From NCBI GenBank assembly GCA_000092065.1, contig CP000594.1: 64,000 nucleotides of DNA; one strand, 5' to 3'. This DNA is from Ostreococcus lucimarinus (lineage: Eukaryota). Below, piece after piece: positions 1 through 10,095 of this stretch. Each line of letters begins with the position of its first letter. Within the stretch, counting starts at the first letter, position 1. Under the pieces are notes generated by a model. That model was not told the DNA's origin, made no database searches, and saw only the letters and a list, made by a program, of their open reading frames with translations. Both the position numbers and the translations under genes were made by a program.

Positions 1-270
1 TTTCGTCCACGCGGCGTCCACTCGCGAACGCGCGGATACCGTTCGCTCTCTCAGCGCCCTCCACGTCCGATCGGTTCGGAAGTGACGCGCGCGCGCAGAA
101 TAGTTTCGCGTCACAACGCAATTATTCATTCCCGTGTTGATTTTATTCTATTCCAGGGGGTATGGGTATAGAGTTTACAGTGCCTTCGTACGAGATATTT
201 CCCAACACCCTTTAGTACCAAAACCTAATTGCGTATCTTCCCTCACTTTCCGACGTCACGCGCGCACGCG

Positions 271-3200
271 ATGACGTCGGCGACGCCGAAACGACGGCGC
301 GCGCGCAGATTTTTGTATGCGTTCGGAGGACCGACACTCTTATTTAACCTCATGCGCGTGTTTGCCATGTCCGGGCTCGTGGCAACAATTACAATGTCAA
401 CAGCCGCGGGCGCCGCCCACGGTGGAGGTGCGAGCATGGACGAGGGACCGGCGCAAATGCATTATATGCCTGATCGATTTCGCAGCCTCGCGGGCGGCGG
501 CTGGCTTACTATCTCATCGAGAGACGTGCACAAGAGCCTGATGCCCATGCCTGGGATGCGCGGTGGCGGGGAAGGCGCGAATGAGTCAGCAGTAAGTGGC
601 AGCGCGATGAAGGACGAGGTGAAGATCGATCTGGCCCACGGTGACCCAGACGGTGAGCGATCGTGCGATCTCGTGCATTACAAGTCATCCTCGAATGAGT
701 TGGTGTGTTCACCACGTGCGGTGGATTGCTGTTTGGACGGACTCACGGCGCAGGAGCTCGCCAGCGTAAGCGATGGGTGCCCGTCGGTGAGACCAGAGCT
801 GAACGTCGAGGTCAACGGTCAGCGATTGACGTGGGGCAGCGCTGGTAGAAATGGAAGGGACACGCTCACGGACGAAAGTCTCAAAGTGAGCCATGGGCAG
901 ACGCCGACGATCGTGGCGGTCGAGCCGGCTGAGGTTCGTCCCGGTGAGTTGATCACGGTGTACGGACGAACGTGCTTTGGCGATGTTTGGAAGAAAGATG
1001 AAGATGATGGTTCGTCTCTACGTGATGATCCCGACGCACTGCGAGATCTATTCTCGGTTGAAGCGAGCGCAAGAGAGGATCCGCGCCAAGAAATTGGATT
1101 GGAAAAGTCTCTCTACAAGGTGCTCATCGGTGACCTACCGTGCGAGGTTCGAGATCCACTCACAAACAGGTACTACCGATCCGAGCGCGGCGATGGTCCA
1201 TACACAGCCCACCGGCAAACAGAGTGTGGACCCGTTAACGGTTGGTTTCAGTGCCGTGTACCCCAAGACATCGATTCCGGTCTTCATCTACTTCATTACG
1301 AGACGTACACCAGAGGCAATGCTGTGATCCTGTCTGAGGCGCTCAGATGGAATGCATCGGACGCGTCCAAGGGCTACGTGCTGTCAGTGGTTGATGATAA
1401 GTCGGAAGATGAAGATCCACCGCGTGTTTATAACATAACGCAGCTCTCGAAGGATGAGTCCAAACAGCGACTCCTTGTTGAGGGTGCGTCTCTTGATGCG
1501 CCAAATATCGTCGTCGAGCTTGACGGGGAGCGCTGTGGTGGAAAAAAGGTTGTGTCCAGATCTGGCATCGAGGTTGAATGCTCAGGTTCAGCTGGAGCGA
1601 GCTCGCAGTATCACTACGGCCCCCCCGCGTGGCTGCGTGAAGACTGGGTGTTCAAGGACAAGAATAATAAGTTTGTCGGTGGCAAAGCGTGGTCTAACGC
1701 TCTCCACGTTTTGAAGCAGCGTGGAGAAAGGTACAACCCTCTCGCCGACGAAGTCATGGACGCTTTAAGCTCGGCATTGGCAACGAATGGCATTGTCCGC
1801 GGGTACAAGATCGAGAAAGTTCAACAGTATCTCACGAGCCCATCGGTTGGATCACCATATGTTGAGGCAACTAGCGGCATGAAAGCGGCGCACGCCGGAC
1901 TCATCCGTCACCGAAGGATACGGAATGCTGTGTTTGAACGTGTAAGCGGAGTCATCACCGCCAAAGCAAACGGGCGAATGCGCGTGGCGATCGCCAATGC
2001 GGCGGGCAATAACATGGTGCTTCGTGTGCGACATGTTTCCGACAACTTAAATGTATTCAAACCTTGGTTGTTAGTTTCCAAATTTTGCGGCACCAGATAC
2101 AGCAGACAAAACATTTATCGATACGGCTTTTCACAGTGGTTCAGTGTTCGTGGTAACGAAAAATACTATATGGAATTTCTGATGAACTTGGACCCCAGAT
2201 ACTTGCACAATTTCGGGGGATTCGATGTTAAGATGGAATTTTCCTACGACGCGGGTAATCCTGCGGGATCAATTGGGCAACTTACGCACACGACAACGCC
2301 TCACGTGCCCAAACGAGCGCATGGTGGCGATTACGTCGTGCGCTTTAGCGGCGCTTCGAAAACTGCGATCAGATTCGCTCATAATGCAACTTCTTCAAGA
2401 AGCAATTTTGAGTGGAAACTCTTCAGTGGCGGCAAGACCATCGAGTTCAATACGAAGAATTGGTTGCATGCACGCGAACACGTGCGGAAAGTTAGAGACG
2501 CTCTGCGATGGGCTAACTGTACCGCGCTGCCTGAAGACTCAAAGATGTGGGACGCGGACTCGACCCATTCTTCGCACCCATTCGACGTCGAGAATCGATG
2601 GCTCATGGTGCGTGATACGCAGACCTTCAAAGAGCCCACCACAGATTGGAACTTCATATGGCAACGTCGCATGGGCGGATTCAGAGGCGCGTCGATCGAC
2701 TGGAGTACCTCGTACTGTTCGACACACAGTCAAAAATTTGATTTGTCGTCACTACCCCCAGGAAGAGTCATCACTCCTTCTTCTCATTTCGACGTACCTG
2801 CATCTTCTCGTGCGACGACGAATAAGTTTCTGAACTTTGCCTACAAAGTCACTCCGGGTACGCGAGCGACCTTGTTACTTCGTCTAAAGTACCGAAGCGG
2901 TAATCGGGACATATCGACCACGTGCGCGGTTCTCCTCACCCATGAACAAGCGACTGGGAACGTGAAGAACTTCGATCACCCAGCGTGTGTGGACCTTCGA
3001 AGCGTCTTCAAGGATGATGGAGAGTGGCACTTTATTTCATTCGATTGGCGAACTGCGTTGGCCGGTGGTGAGTATGCCCCGAGTTATTTGGGCGAGGCTA
3101 TGTTCCCGCATAAAGTGCAAGTTCAACTCGATGGTATCGGTGTCGGCGCGCAGAGATTCCTCGGCAAGTGTCCGAATAAACAGCGCTTAGCGGAAATGTA

Positions 3201-6200
3201 TGTCGGTGATGAAGGAAGTGAACTGCGCGGTTACCTCTGGTTGGATAGCGTTTCTGTGACACAGGAACGCTACTCTCCTCAACGAGTCGAGACGCCCTCT
3301 GCACAGCTCGGAGGTATGCAAGAAGGCGTTCACGCAATCACAGATATTGAATATTCGGTCATCAGCCGAAGCGATGGCTCTAAGTGCAAATCGCTGTCGG
3401 ACTGTGATATCATCGTGAGCCTGCGTCAGGTGAAGAGATGCATTGATGCGCAGTCGCGAGGCGATTTCAATATTTCGCCGATGGTGATGTCACAGACGAG
3501 TCCAAACCCGCAACCCGCGACGGTCTCGTGTGGTCGTCACTATGCAGCGAACTGCTCGACTTGTCCGTGGAAGGTGTCCGCGGAAGGTGTCCGTGGAAGG
3601 TGGATGGGCTGGAAATATTGCAATGGTGCGTGCGAATGGAGATGGCACGGGCGTATCAATGCAGGTGGCACGTGCGTGTCAAAGCCAGCTCCAACTCCTC
3701 CGGCAATAACAGTCACGGATCGTACTTCTTCAACACGTGGAACCGTCACTGCACAGATCACAGGGGGGACGATGACGCAATTTTCCACCTCTGCCAATTC
3801 ATCTGAAGTGCAGGACGCATTACGTCATGTCCTCGGAGCGCACGACGGAGGCTTCGTGGTGAGTCCAAGCATGGATTTGTTTGATGCGTGCGGTGTGAGC
3901 GCTCATCGCATGCGCGTTGCGCATGCGAGCGATCTCGAATCGATCCAAGCGCGGTACAAAGAAGTCGTCAATGGTGTGCCCCTGGGAATGCTACCGAAAT
4001 CTTCCCGAGGCCGCACTGCGGAAAATGACGCAGGTCTCCTTAATATAACTGTGAATGTCTCAGGCGGCCTCGCTGAGATAGTCGCGACAGACGAGTCGAG
4101 CGATTTCATCGGTATGGTGCCCCTGGACACGAGAACAGATCTCGATGTGCGCGCCTTGATTCGCGGTGGCGACGCCGTGTTGGCGACGGCTGTTGTGACG
4201 GATGGCGACACAGTCGTACCATGTTCTGTCTCACCTGACCGTATGTCTGCGACTGGCTTCAAACAAGTTCCGAACGGGCAGGCATTCGTTGGCGATGCTT
4301 CTTGCCACATCATTGTGCCACACGAGGAAGTTGCATCTGACGCGACCGTGCACGCTCCGACGGAGTTGAATCAGGATGGTTTTCCCTCACTCGGTGAGTC
4401 CGTGAGTCAATCGAGTCCGACAGACCAGAAACGTCGACGGGACGTCGAAACTATCCGTCGGCGCAGCATGTCAAACTCGCTAAAATTTCCTGGCCATGAT
4501 ACCTGGGCAAAACGAGATCTATCGATGAGTAGATCCGATCTTGGACGATTAACAGTCACAGTGGTTGGTTTTGGTGCGCGTGTGCACAACGGCGCCGCGC
4601 ACCGTAGAGCTGCGAATCACGCGCGGAAACTGTTGAAAACGGAACTCGTCGCGAAGGATGCAGGTCAGGGGAGTCTCAACAATACGAAAAGCAAGTATGA
4701 ATTTCCGGCGGGCGCGGGTCGATTCAGTGATCCATCGACGTGGGGTCCTCGGGGAGTGCCGGACCAAAACTCGACGGATATGCTCTTTATTCCTGCCGGT
4801 TTCAATCTTACTCTGGATGTCGCCGATACGTACTTCCGCGTGTGGGTGATTGAGGGGCACCTAAATTTCCAACGGGGCATGAACATCACGATGCAAGCAG
4901 AAATGATCGTCATCAACGGCGACGACGCACACTTTAGCATTGGGAGTGAAACACGTCCCTTTGAAGATCAGGCGAATATCATCATGCACGGTCACTGGCG
5001 ATCCCTCGGCTTGCCCAAATATGGGGTGAAGTGCATCTCACTGACGAGCGGACGATTAACATTCTATGGTCAGCACGTCACGCCTTGGATGGAACTGGCC
5101 ACTACGGCTTCAGCTAACGCAAACGTTATTTCCGTCAGAAGCAAGGAAGGCAAGACTCCAGATCTCGCCGGATGGAAACCGGGTGCGAGTATTGTGGTGA
5201 CGTCAACCTCTTACGGGGACAGGAGATGTCGGCAAAACCGTACAGACGACTGTCAACCCGAGGAGCGCGTTATTGAATCTGTCACTCCTAGAGGCAACTT
5301 TGCGGACATAACTCTCGATCGACCGTTGAAGTATGAACATTTGGGTGAATCCGTGAATGTGGCGGGAAGCCCCCGCGGGGCTACGATTGAGCGTCGTGCT
5401 GAAGTAATGCTTCTCACGAGAAATATCAACGTGCGCGGCACGACTGAACACAATGGGTATAAGCTCGTCGGCTTTGGCGCGCACACTATGATGATGTCTG
5501 GTCAAATGGTGTTGAAAAATGTTGAATTCGGCCCAAACGTCGGACAGGCCTTCCAACTGGGTCGGTATGCCATCCACTACCACACGCCCAATGAAAAGAT
5601 GTTCAAATATGGTTTGACAGCCTCAAATGACCCGAGGATGCAGGGCGCAGACCAGCGCTTGAGTCGTGTGGAGGGAGTCTCGGTCCACCAATCAAACAAC
5701 CGTGCGATCGCGGTGCATGGTTGTTATCGACTGAACATCATTAACAACGTCGCGTACAACATCTTGGGACATGGGATGTTCGTTGAAGATGGTGTGGAAA
5801 TGTGGAACCTCTTCAAGGACAACGTTGTTTCTCTAGTGCATCGCTCTTTCTCTCTTTTGAACACTGATCAAACACCTGCAGCGTTTTGGATATCGAACGC
5901 TAACAATTTCTTCATCGGTAATCGAGTGTCATCGAGTAATCATCATGGATATTGGTTTGACCCACCAGGAGGACCTACCGGACCGTCGTCGCGAACGCTC
6001 ACGGGGCCTTTGGAAATCCAAAAATTAAGCACTCGGAAGGTACCGCTCGGCCAGTTTGAAAATAACAGAGCCCACTCGAATGGCCACTCCGGACTTTGGA
6101 TTGATCAAATAAACACGGTCTTGCAGCAAGGCGGCAGGCTCAGAATGTACATGGTCGGTACCCACGTATGGAACAATGGAATCAACGGTTTCGGAATGAT

Positions 6201-9200
6201 TACCGGCGTTGGGCATCTACAGATTGTGAATACGTTTGCCATGGGCAACGGGATTGACATCATGTATATCAAGTCGACTGGTGCGACGTGGGCGATGCCG
6301 ACGAATGGTTGGTCCGGTAACTTGGTGTACAACGCCACCCTTCGCGGTGACCCGAAACGCAATACCCAGGCAATCGGCTGTCCGCACGGCGGATGGGTAA
6401 CATTTAACGATATCCTCATTAGTGGCTATCAAAGTAGGTTGCCCCCAATACACCACTGCGCTGTGTGTCCGGGTTTCAAAGGCGGCATGGAAGTTCGTTT
6501 CATGAATATGAAATTCGTCGACAGTGATACAAGGCGGCTCCGCGGTGGTTCAACATCTCGACCGCGCGTATTCTGGAACGGGTACAACTCCAACCTTTTG
6601 CTCGACGTGGATGGGACCCTGAGTGGATCGCCAGGTCCACGATGGGCGCATTCAGTCAAGGGCGCCAGTGATGATCCCAGGAACCGGCCGACGGGTCATT
6701 TTCCGCCAGAACACTGCACCCTCAATGATCACATCGGAGGTGTTGTTTGCGACGCCAACACTGTGTCGTTGCGAGAGGTGCAGTGGCGCCGTATCAAGCC
6801 CATGACCCTTATACCCATGGCGATGCAGACAGCACCTGATCAAAATGCAGGGCAAGTGAACTTTTATCATTACGACCATATCGAGCGACGTTTCAATTGG
6901 CGTACGACATTGGTTATGGTTAAAAGTCCGAACGCGAAGCCATACATCCATAACTTTACGTTTAAGTTTAAAACATGGCAAATTGATGACCCGGACGCTT
7001 GGTACATGGAGGTCCGTGAGCTTCAGCCCAATGAATGGGCTATAATGCGATTCCCCACACTCCGCAATCCGTGGCGTTGGAACTTGAATTCAAGAATACC
7101 GACGGTCACATTGAATAACTACAATCAAAGTGATTATAGTTTCAATGAGAGCAAGGCCATCACCACCACGAGCAACGAATGGCTGAGTTGGAAAAATCAC
7201 AAGTTCGGCGACCACACATACCTACCCGTTGTGGAGACAAGGGATGTTAATGTAAAGCCAGATCCAGGGCTGCTCGATATCATGATATCTGGCAAGCGCG
7301 AACAAGGATGGACACAATCGTACGCCCTCGGTGCCAACTATGATGGCGCGCGTGAAGATATGCCCGTCTGCACCACTTCATGCGGAAGCTCGGCAAAGTC
7401 AACATGTGGCATGAAACGCTACAACTGCAGACCGGGCGACAAGAAACGATGTTTGCCGATGGAAAAGCCTGCAAACTGCTTCGACAATCGACCTATACCC
7501 GAGGTAGATCCCGAGCCTAAAACTTTTTCCTGGTGCGACTCAAACGAAGTTTGGTCTCCGCCGGCATTCGGGGATGACGTCATGATCAAGGCTGGTTGGA
7601 CGGTCATCTTAGATGAAACCTGTCTGGTGACCAACATAACTAGACACGTGGATTTATATGGGTCCCTGTTGCTTCGTGATCCAGGCGCTGGTAAAACCAT
7701 CAAGTTCCGAGCGCAGACCATCCACGTCGCGGCTGGGATTGGATACCTCGAAGCTGGTGACCAGGATGATCCGATATCGAATGGCGACGTTCGTATCGAG
7801 CTTTATGGGAACAGATTTTCTAACGCTCGAATGGGCTACGGTATGGAGACAAAGTACATCGCCGTTCTCGGACACCTCAGCCTCGTCGGAAAGGCGAGCG
7901 TGGAGCAAACGTGGTCGACGCTTAGAAGCGATGCGCCCGCGGGAAGCAGTACAATTGAAACGACAGCCTGTGGCGGTTGGAATACTGGCGACACGCTCAT
8001 GATTGGTGGCGCTATGCACAATTGGACCGGGATCAAGCATGCTTGGTTTTTGAGCGCGGAGCGCTGTGATATTTCCTCCATAGCAGTTGCGAGCGAAGGT
8101 TGCGTCATACGGTGTACTTCCAGCTTCAACTACACGCACTCAGGCCCGGCCCAAAAGCACGAGGTCAGTTTTGGTGGAATGCCAGTGACTCTCATGCATA
8201 GGCGCTCTCCAGGTGGGCGCGTGCAGGTAGTTGGCATGGAAGACAAAAACAAGGCACTGGCAGAGCAGCACTATGGTGCTGTTATTACTATCCTGAAACC
8301 GAAAAAGAAAGGCTATGACGCAAAATTGGCTAAGAGATTCAAGATAGAACTCAAGACGCCCGAGCGCATGCAAGCGGCAACTGAAAGCATGAAACATGAT
8401 CCCCCGCCTGAATGCCACCGCAGACAAGGTTCGGCTGTGATCGTCAATGTCAACTTTGCGCATTGCGGTCAGCGGCACTCTAGTCGCGCGTGTGTTTCTT
8501 TTGCCGCCGGTATTGGCGCTGAGTATCGAGCTACGTTCGCAGAAACGACATCGATGGCACTCGTTGCGAACAACACATTTGCGGACGCCTACAATTTTGC
8601 CGTGAGCGCAGCAGGAGATGGAATTATTATAGAGAATAACGCCATCGCACAAACCTATCACGGTGGATTCGAGGTCTCTGGTGCGAACAACACAATGTCT
8701 AATAACGCAGCTGTTCGATTATTCGACGATGTTAGTGATTACTTTCACGACATTGGGTCGGTTGGTTTCAAGTTGTCGGGATCAGGGAAATGGTATACTA
8801 ACGTCGTCGCCTCCGTGCAGTACACTGGGTTTAAAATTCCTGGATATCCGTGCGAAATGATGACTCCAGACGTGGAGGATGAGGGTTTAGACGTTCGCGC
8901 TGTGACCACCGTTCCCGCCGAACCTACAATGCGTGACCTTCGCGCGTATGGTGGCATGGTAGGCGTGAATCTGCGGGGCGGGCGTACTCGGATGGTCACA
9001 CGTGAACCGGTGGAGGCCTACGCGCCGCTCGAGTGTCGCCAATGGAGCGACTTCGAGATTCGTTCAATGGTTTGGTACGGCGTAACCACGTTTGGTCAGG
9101 GAAAAACGTCTATTGTGTTGAAAAACTTTAATATTTGGGACACCGGACTTGGTTTCGCGCTGTGGATGGTCAACGGTGGCTCAGCCGCAGGTTCGAGCAG

Positions 9201-10095
9201 CGAGCGAGGGCATTTCGCAGAAATCAGTGACACGACGATAATCGGTTCTGCAAGTCGATGTAGAAACGACGGCATTGGGTTTCCCGCGTTTTACTTAACG
9301 GCAGAACCGTACCGGCCGGATCAAGGAGTGAAAACGCCATCGCGCTTTGGTGGAACGACGCTAAGAAACATAAGGTTTCGCGATTTCGGCGCATGTGAAA
9401 AGAAAGGCGTTCGTCAAGTTCGTCAAAAGAATTACGCATTGGTGAACGCCATGAACCGTGGGCGATACGCGTGGGTTTACTACGACAACGCGAACCCCGT
9501 GCGATCTTCTGGCTTGAGCTTTAAGGGTGTACCATTCGAAAACAGGTTACTCATGATCCATCCAAGCTGGGGTCGAATAGGCAATGGGAAATGGGGCTGT
9601 GCCCAAATGTACTGCGACGGACATCGCAACACGTTTGTGATGGATGAGGACGGTTCGCTGCTCGGTGATAACGCCGCATTCGGGACCATCTTGCCCGAAA
9701 ACGAGATTGGTTGGTTCAAGAAACTGGCCTATATCGATCCGCTCAGCCGTGACATTCTTGAAGATTTGGTTCCATTCACACACCAGTGGCTGCCCAACGG
9801 TACCAAACTGACGCCCATGCGAGGGAAGCTCTACGACGAGCCAGGCCATCTCAAAATGGGCTGTCGAAAGGAGGCTTCATGGCAGGCGTGGCTCTGTCCC
9901 GAACACAGGCACAGGCAAATAATCCACGAAAGTTTGGACGGCGATCACACGAAGAGGCGCATCTCCCCAACTTCTGTTCTCACAGAGCTACCATCTCAGA
10001 GCAAGCGTTTCATGTCTCTGTACACTGGGCCTGCGAAATACGGAGGAAACTCCTCGACCGAGGGCAATAACATCCAAGCGCTCGATCGAGGCTAG
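271..10095 (+). CDS. Giant secreted/membrane protein (about 3275 aa) with a G8 domain and multiple right-handed parallel beta-helix (PbH1) repeats; fibrocystin-L/PKHD1L1-like architecture. N-terminal hydrophobic segment suggests a signal/anchor
   Basis: Single 9.8-kb ORF; first in-frame ATG at 271 (track start 229 is TTG). Region IPAGFNLTLDV...GHLNFQRG...GRLTFYG matches the G8 domain pattern; downstream repeats such as NNRAIAVHGCYRLNIINNVAYNILGHGMFVEDG are PbH1-like; N-terminal blocks resemble IPT/TIG. Codon usage and GC are clearly lower than in neighbouring genes. Confidence 0.55.
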   Translation: MTSATPKRRRARRFLYAFGGPTLLFNLMRVFAMSGLVATITMSTAAGAAHGGGASMDEGPAQMHYMPDRFRSLAGGGWLTISSRDVHKSLMPMPGMRGGGEGANESAVSGSAMKDEVKIDLAHGDPDGERSCDLVHYKSSSNELVCSPRAVDCCLDGLTAQELASVSDGCPSVRPELNVEVNGQRLTWGSAGRNGRDTLTDESLKVSHGQTPTIVAVEPAEVRPGELITVYGRTCFGDVWKKDEDDGSSLRDDPDALRDLFSVEASAREDPRQEIGLEKSLYKVLIGDLPCEVRDPLTNRYYRSERGDGPYTAHRQTECGPVNGWFQCRVPQDIDSGLHLLHYETYTRGNAVILSEALRWNASDASKGYVLSVVDDKSEDEDPPRVYNITQLSKDESKQRLLVEGASLDAPNIVVELDGERCGGKKVVSRSGIEVECSGSAGASSQYHYGPPAWLREDWVFKDKNNKFVGGKAWSNALHVLKQRGERYNPLADEVMDALSSALATNGIVRGYKIEKVQQYLTSPSVGSPYVEATSGMKAAHAGLIRHRRIRNAVFERVSGVITAKANGRMRVAIANAAGNNMVLRVRHVSDNLNVFKPWLLVSKFCGTRYSRQNIYRYGFSQWFSVRGNEKYYMEFLMNLDPRYLHNFGGFDVKMEFSYDAGNPAGSIGQLTHTTTPHVPKRAHGGDYVVRFSGASKTAIRFAHNATSSRSNFEWKLFSGGKTIEFNTKNWLHAREHVRKVRDALRWANCTALPEDSKMWDADSTHSSHPFDVENRWLMVRDTQTFKEPTTDWNFIWQRRMGGFRGASIDWSTSYCSTHSQKFDLSSLPPGRVITPSSHFDVPASSRATTNKFLNFAYKVTPGTRATLLLRLKYRSGNRDISTTCAVLLTHEQATGNVKNFDHPACVDLRSVFKDDGEWHFISFDWRTALAGGEYAPSYLGEAMFPHKVQVQLDGIGVGAQRFLGKCPNKQRLAEMYVGDEGSELRGYLWLDSVSVTQERYSPQRVETPSAQLGGMQEGVHAITDIEYSVISRSDGSKCKSLSDCDIIVSLRQVKRCIDAQSRGDFNISPMVMSQTSPNPQPATVSCGRHYAANCSTCPWKVSAEGVRGRWMGWKYCNGACEWRWHGRINAGGTCVSKPAPTPPAITVTDRTSSTRGTVTAQITGGTMTQFSTSANSSEVQDALRHVLGAHDGGFVVSPSMDLFDACGVSAHRMRVAHASDLESIQARYKEVVNGVPLGMLPKSSRGRTAENDAGLLNITVNVSGGLAEIVATDESSDFIGMVPLDTRTDLDVRALIRGGDAVLATAVVTDGDTVVPCSVSPDRMSATGFKQVPNGQAFVGDASCHIIVPHEEVASDATVHAPTELNQDGFPSLGESVSQSSPTDQKRRRDVETIRRRSMSNSLKFPGHDTWAKRDLSMSRSDLGRLTVTVVGFGARVHNGAAHRRAANHARKLLKTELVAKDAGQGSLNNTKSKYEFPAGAGRFSDPSTWGPRGVPDQNSTDMLFIPAGFNLTLDVADTYFRVWVIEGHLNFQRGMNITMQAEMIVINGDDAHFSIGSETRPFEDQANIIMHGHWRSLGLPKYGVKCISLTSGRLTFYGQHVTPWMELATTASANANVISVRSKEGKTPDLAGWKPGASIVVTSTSYGDRRCRQNRTDDCQPEERVIESVTPRGNFADITLDRPLKYEHLGESVNVAGSPRGATIERRAEVMLLTRNINVRGTTEHNGYKLVGFGAHTMMMSGQMVLKNVEFGPNVGQAFQLGRYAIHYHTPNEKMFKYGLTASNDPRMQGADQRLSRVEGVSVHQSNNRAIAVHGCYRLNIINNVAYNILGHGMFVEDGVEMWNLFKDNVVSLVHRSFSLLNTDQTPAAFWISNANNFFIGNRVSSSNHHGYWFDPPGGPTGPSSRTLTGPLEIQKLSTRKVPLGQFENNRAHSNGHSGLWIDQINTVLQQGGRLRMYMVGTHVWNNGINGFGMITGVGHLQIVNTFAMGNGIDIMYIKSTGATWAMPTNGWSGNLVYNATLRGDPKRNTQAIGCPHGGWVTFNDILISGYQSRLPPIHHCAVCPGFKGGMEVRFMNMKFVDSDTRRLRGGSTSRPRVFWNGYNSNLLLDVDGTLSGSPGPRWAHSVKGASDDPRNRPTGHFPPEHCTLNDHIGGVVCDANTVSLREVQWRRIKPMTLIPMAMQTAPDQNAGQVNFYHYDHIERRFNWRTTLVMVKSPNAKPYIHNFTFKFKTWQIDDPDAWYMEVRELQPNEWAIMRFPTLRNPWRWNLNSRIPTVTLNNYNQSDYSFNESKAITTTSNEWLSWKNHKFGDHTYLPVVETRDVNVKPDPGLLDIMISGKREQGWTQSYALGANYDGAREDMPVCTTSCGSSAKSTCGMKRYNCRPGDKKRCLPMEKPANCFDNRPIPEVDPEPKTFSWCDSNEVWSPPAFGDDVMIKAGWTVILDETCLVTNITRHVDLYGSLLLRDPGAGKTIKFRAQTIHVAAGIGYLEAGDQDDPISNGDVRIELYGNRFSNARMGYGMETKYIAVLGHLSLVGKASVEQTWSTLRSDAPAGSSTIETTACGGWNTGDTLMIGGAMHNWTGIKHAWFLSAERCDISSIAVASEGCVIRCTSSFNYTHSGPAQKHEVSFGGMPVTLMHRRSPGGRVQVVGMEDKNKALAEQHYGAVITILKPKKKGYDAKLAKRFKIELKTPERMQAATESMKHDPPPECHRRQGSAVIVNVNFAHCGQRHSSRACVSFAAGIGAEYRATFAETTSMALVANNTFADAYNFAVSAAGDGIIIENNAIAQTYHGGFEVSGANNTMSNNAAVRLFDDVSDYFHDIGSVGFKLSGSGKWYTNVVASVQYTGFKIPGYPCEMMTPDVEDEGLDVRAVTTVPAEPTMRDLRAYGGMVGVNLRGGRTRMVTREPVEAYAPLECRQWSDFEIRSMVWYGVTTFGQGKTSIVLKNFNIWDTGLGFALWMVNGGSAAGSSSERGHFAEISDTTIIGSASRCRNDGIGFPAFYLTAEPYRPDQGVKTPSRFGGTTLRNIRFRDFGACEKKGVRQVRQKNYALVNAMNRGRYAWVYYDNANPVRSSGLSFKGVPFENRLLMIHPSWGRIGNGKWGCAQMYCDGHRNTFVMDEDGSLLGDNAAFGTILPENEIGWFKKLAYIDPLSRDILEDLVPFTHQWLPNGTKLTPMRGKLYDEPGHLKMGCRKEASWQAWLCPEHRHRQIIHESLDGDHTKRRISPTSVLTELPSQSKRFMSLYTGPAKYGGNSSTEGNNIQALDRG

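Noticed and set aside
9224-9849. Minus-strand ORFs inside the giant gene as the missing C-terminus of the amidohydrolase
   Set aside because: Their translations show none of the expected C-terminal amidohydrolase blocks, so there is no evidence for a downstream exon there.
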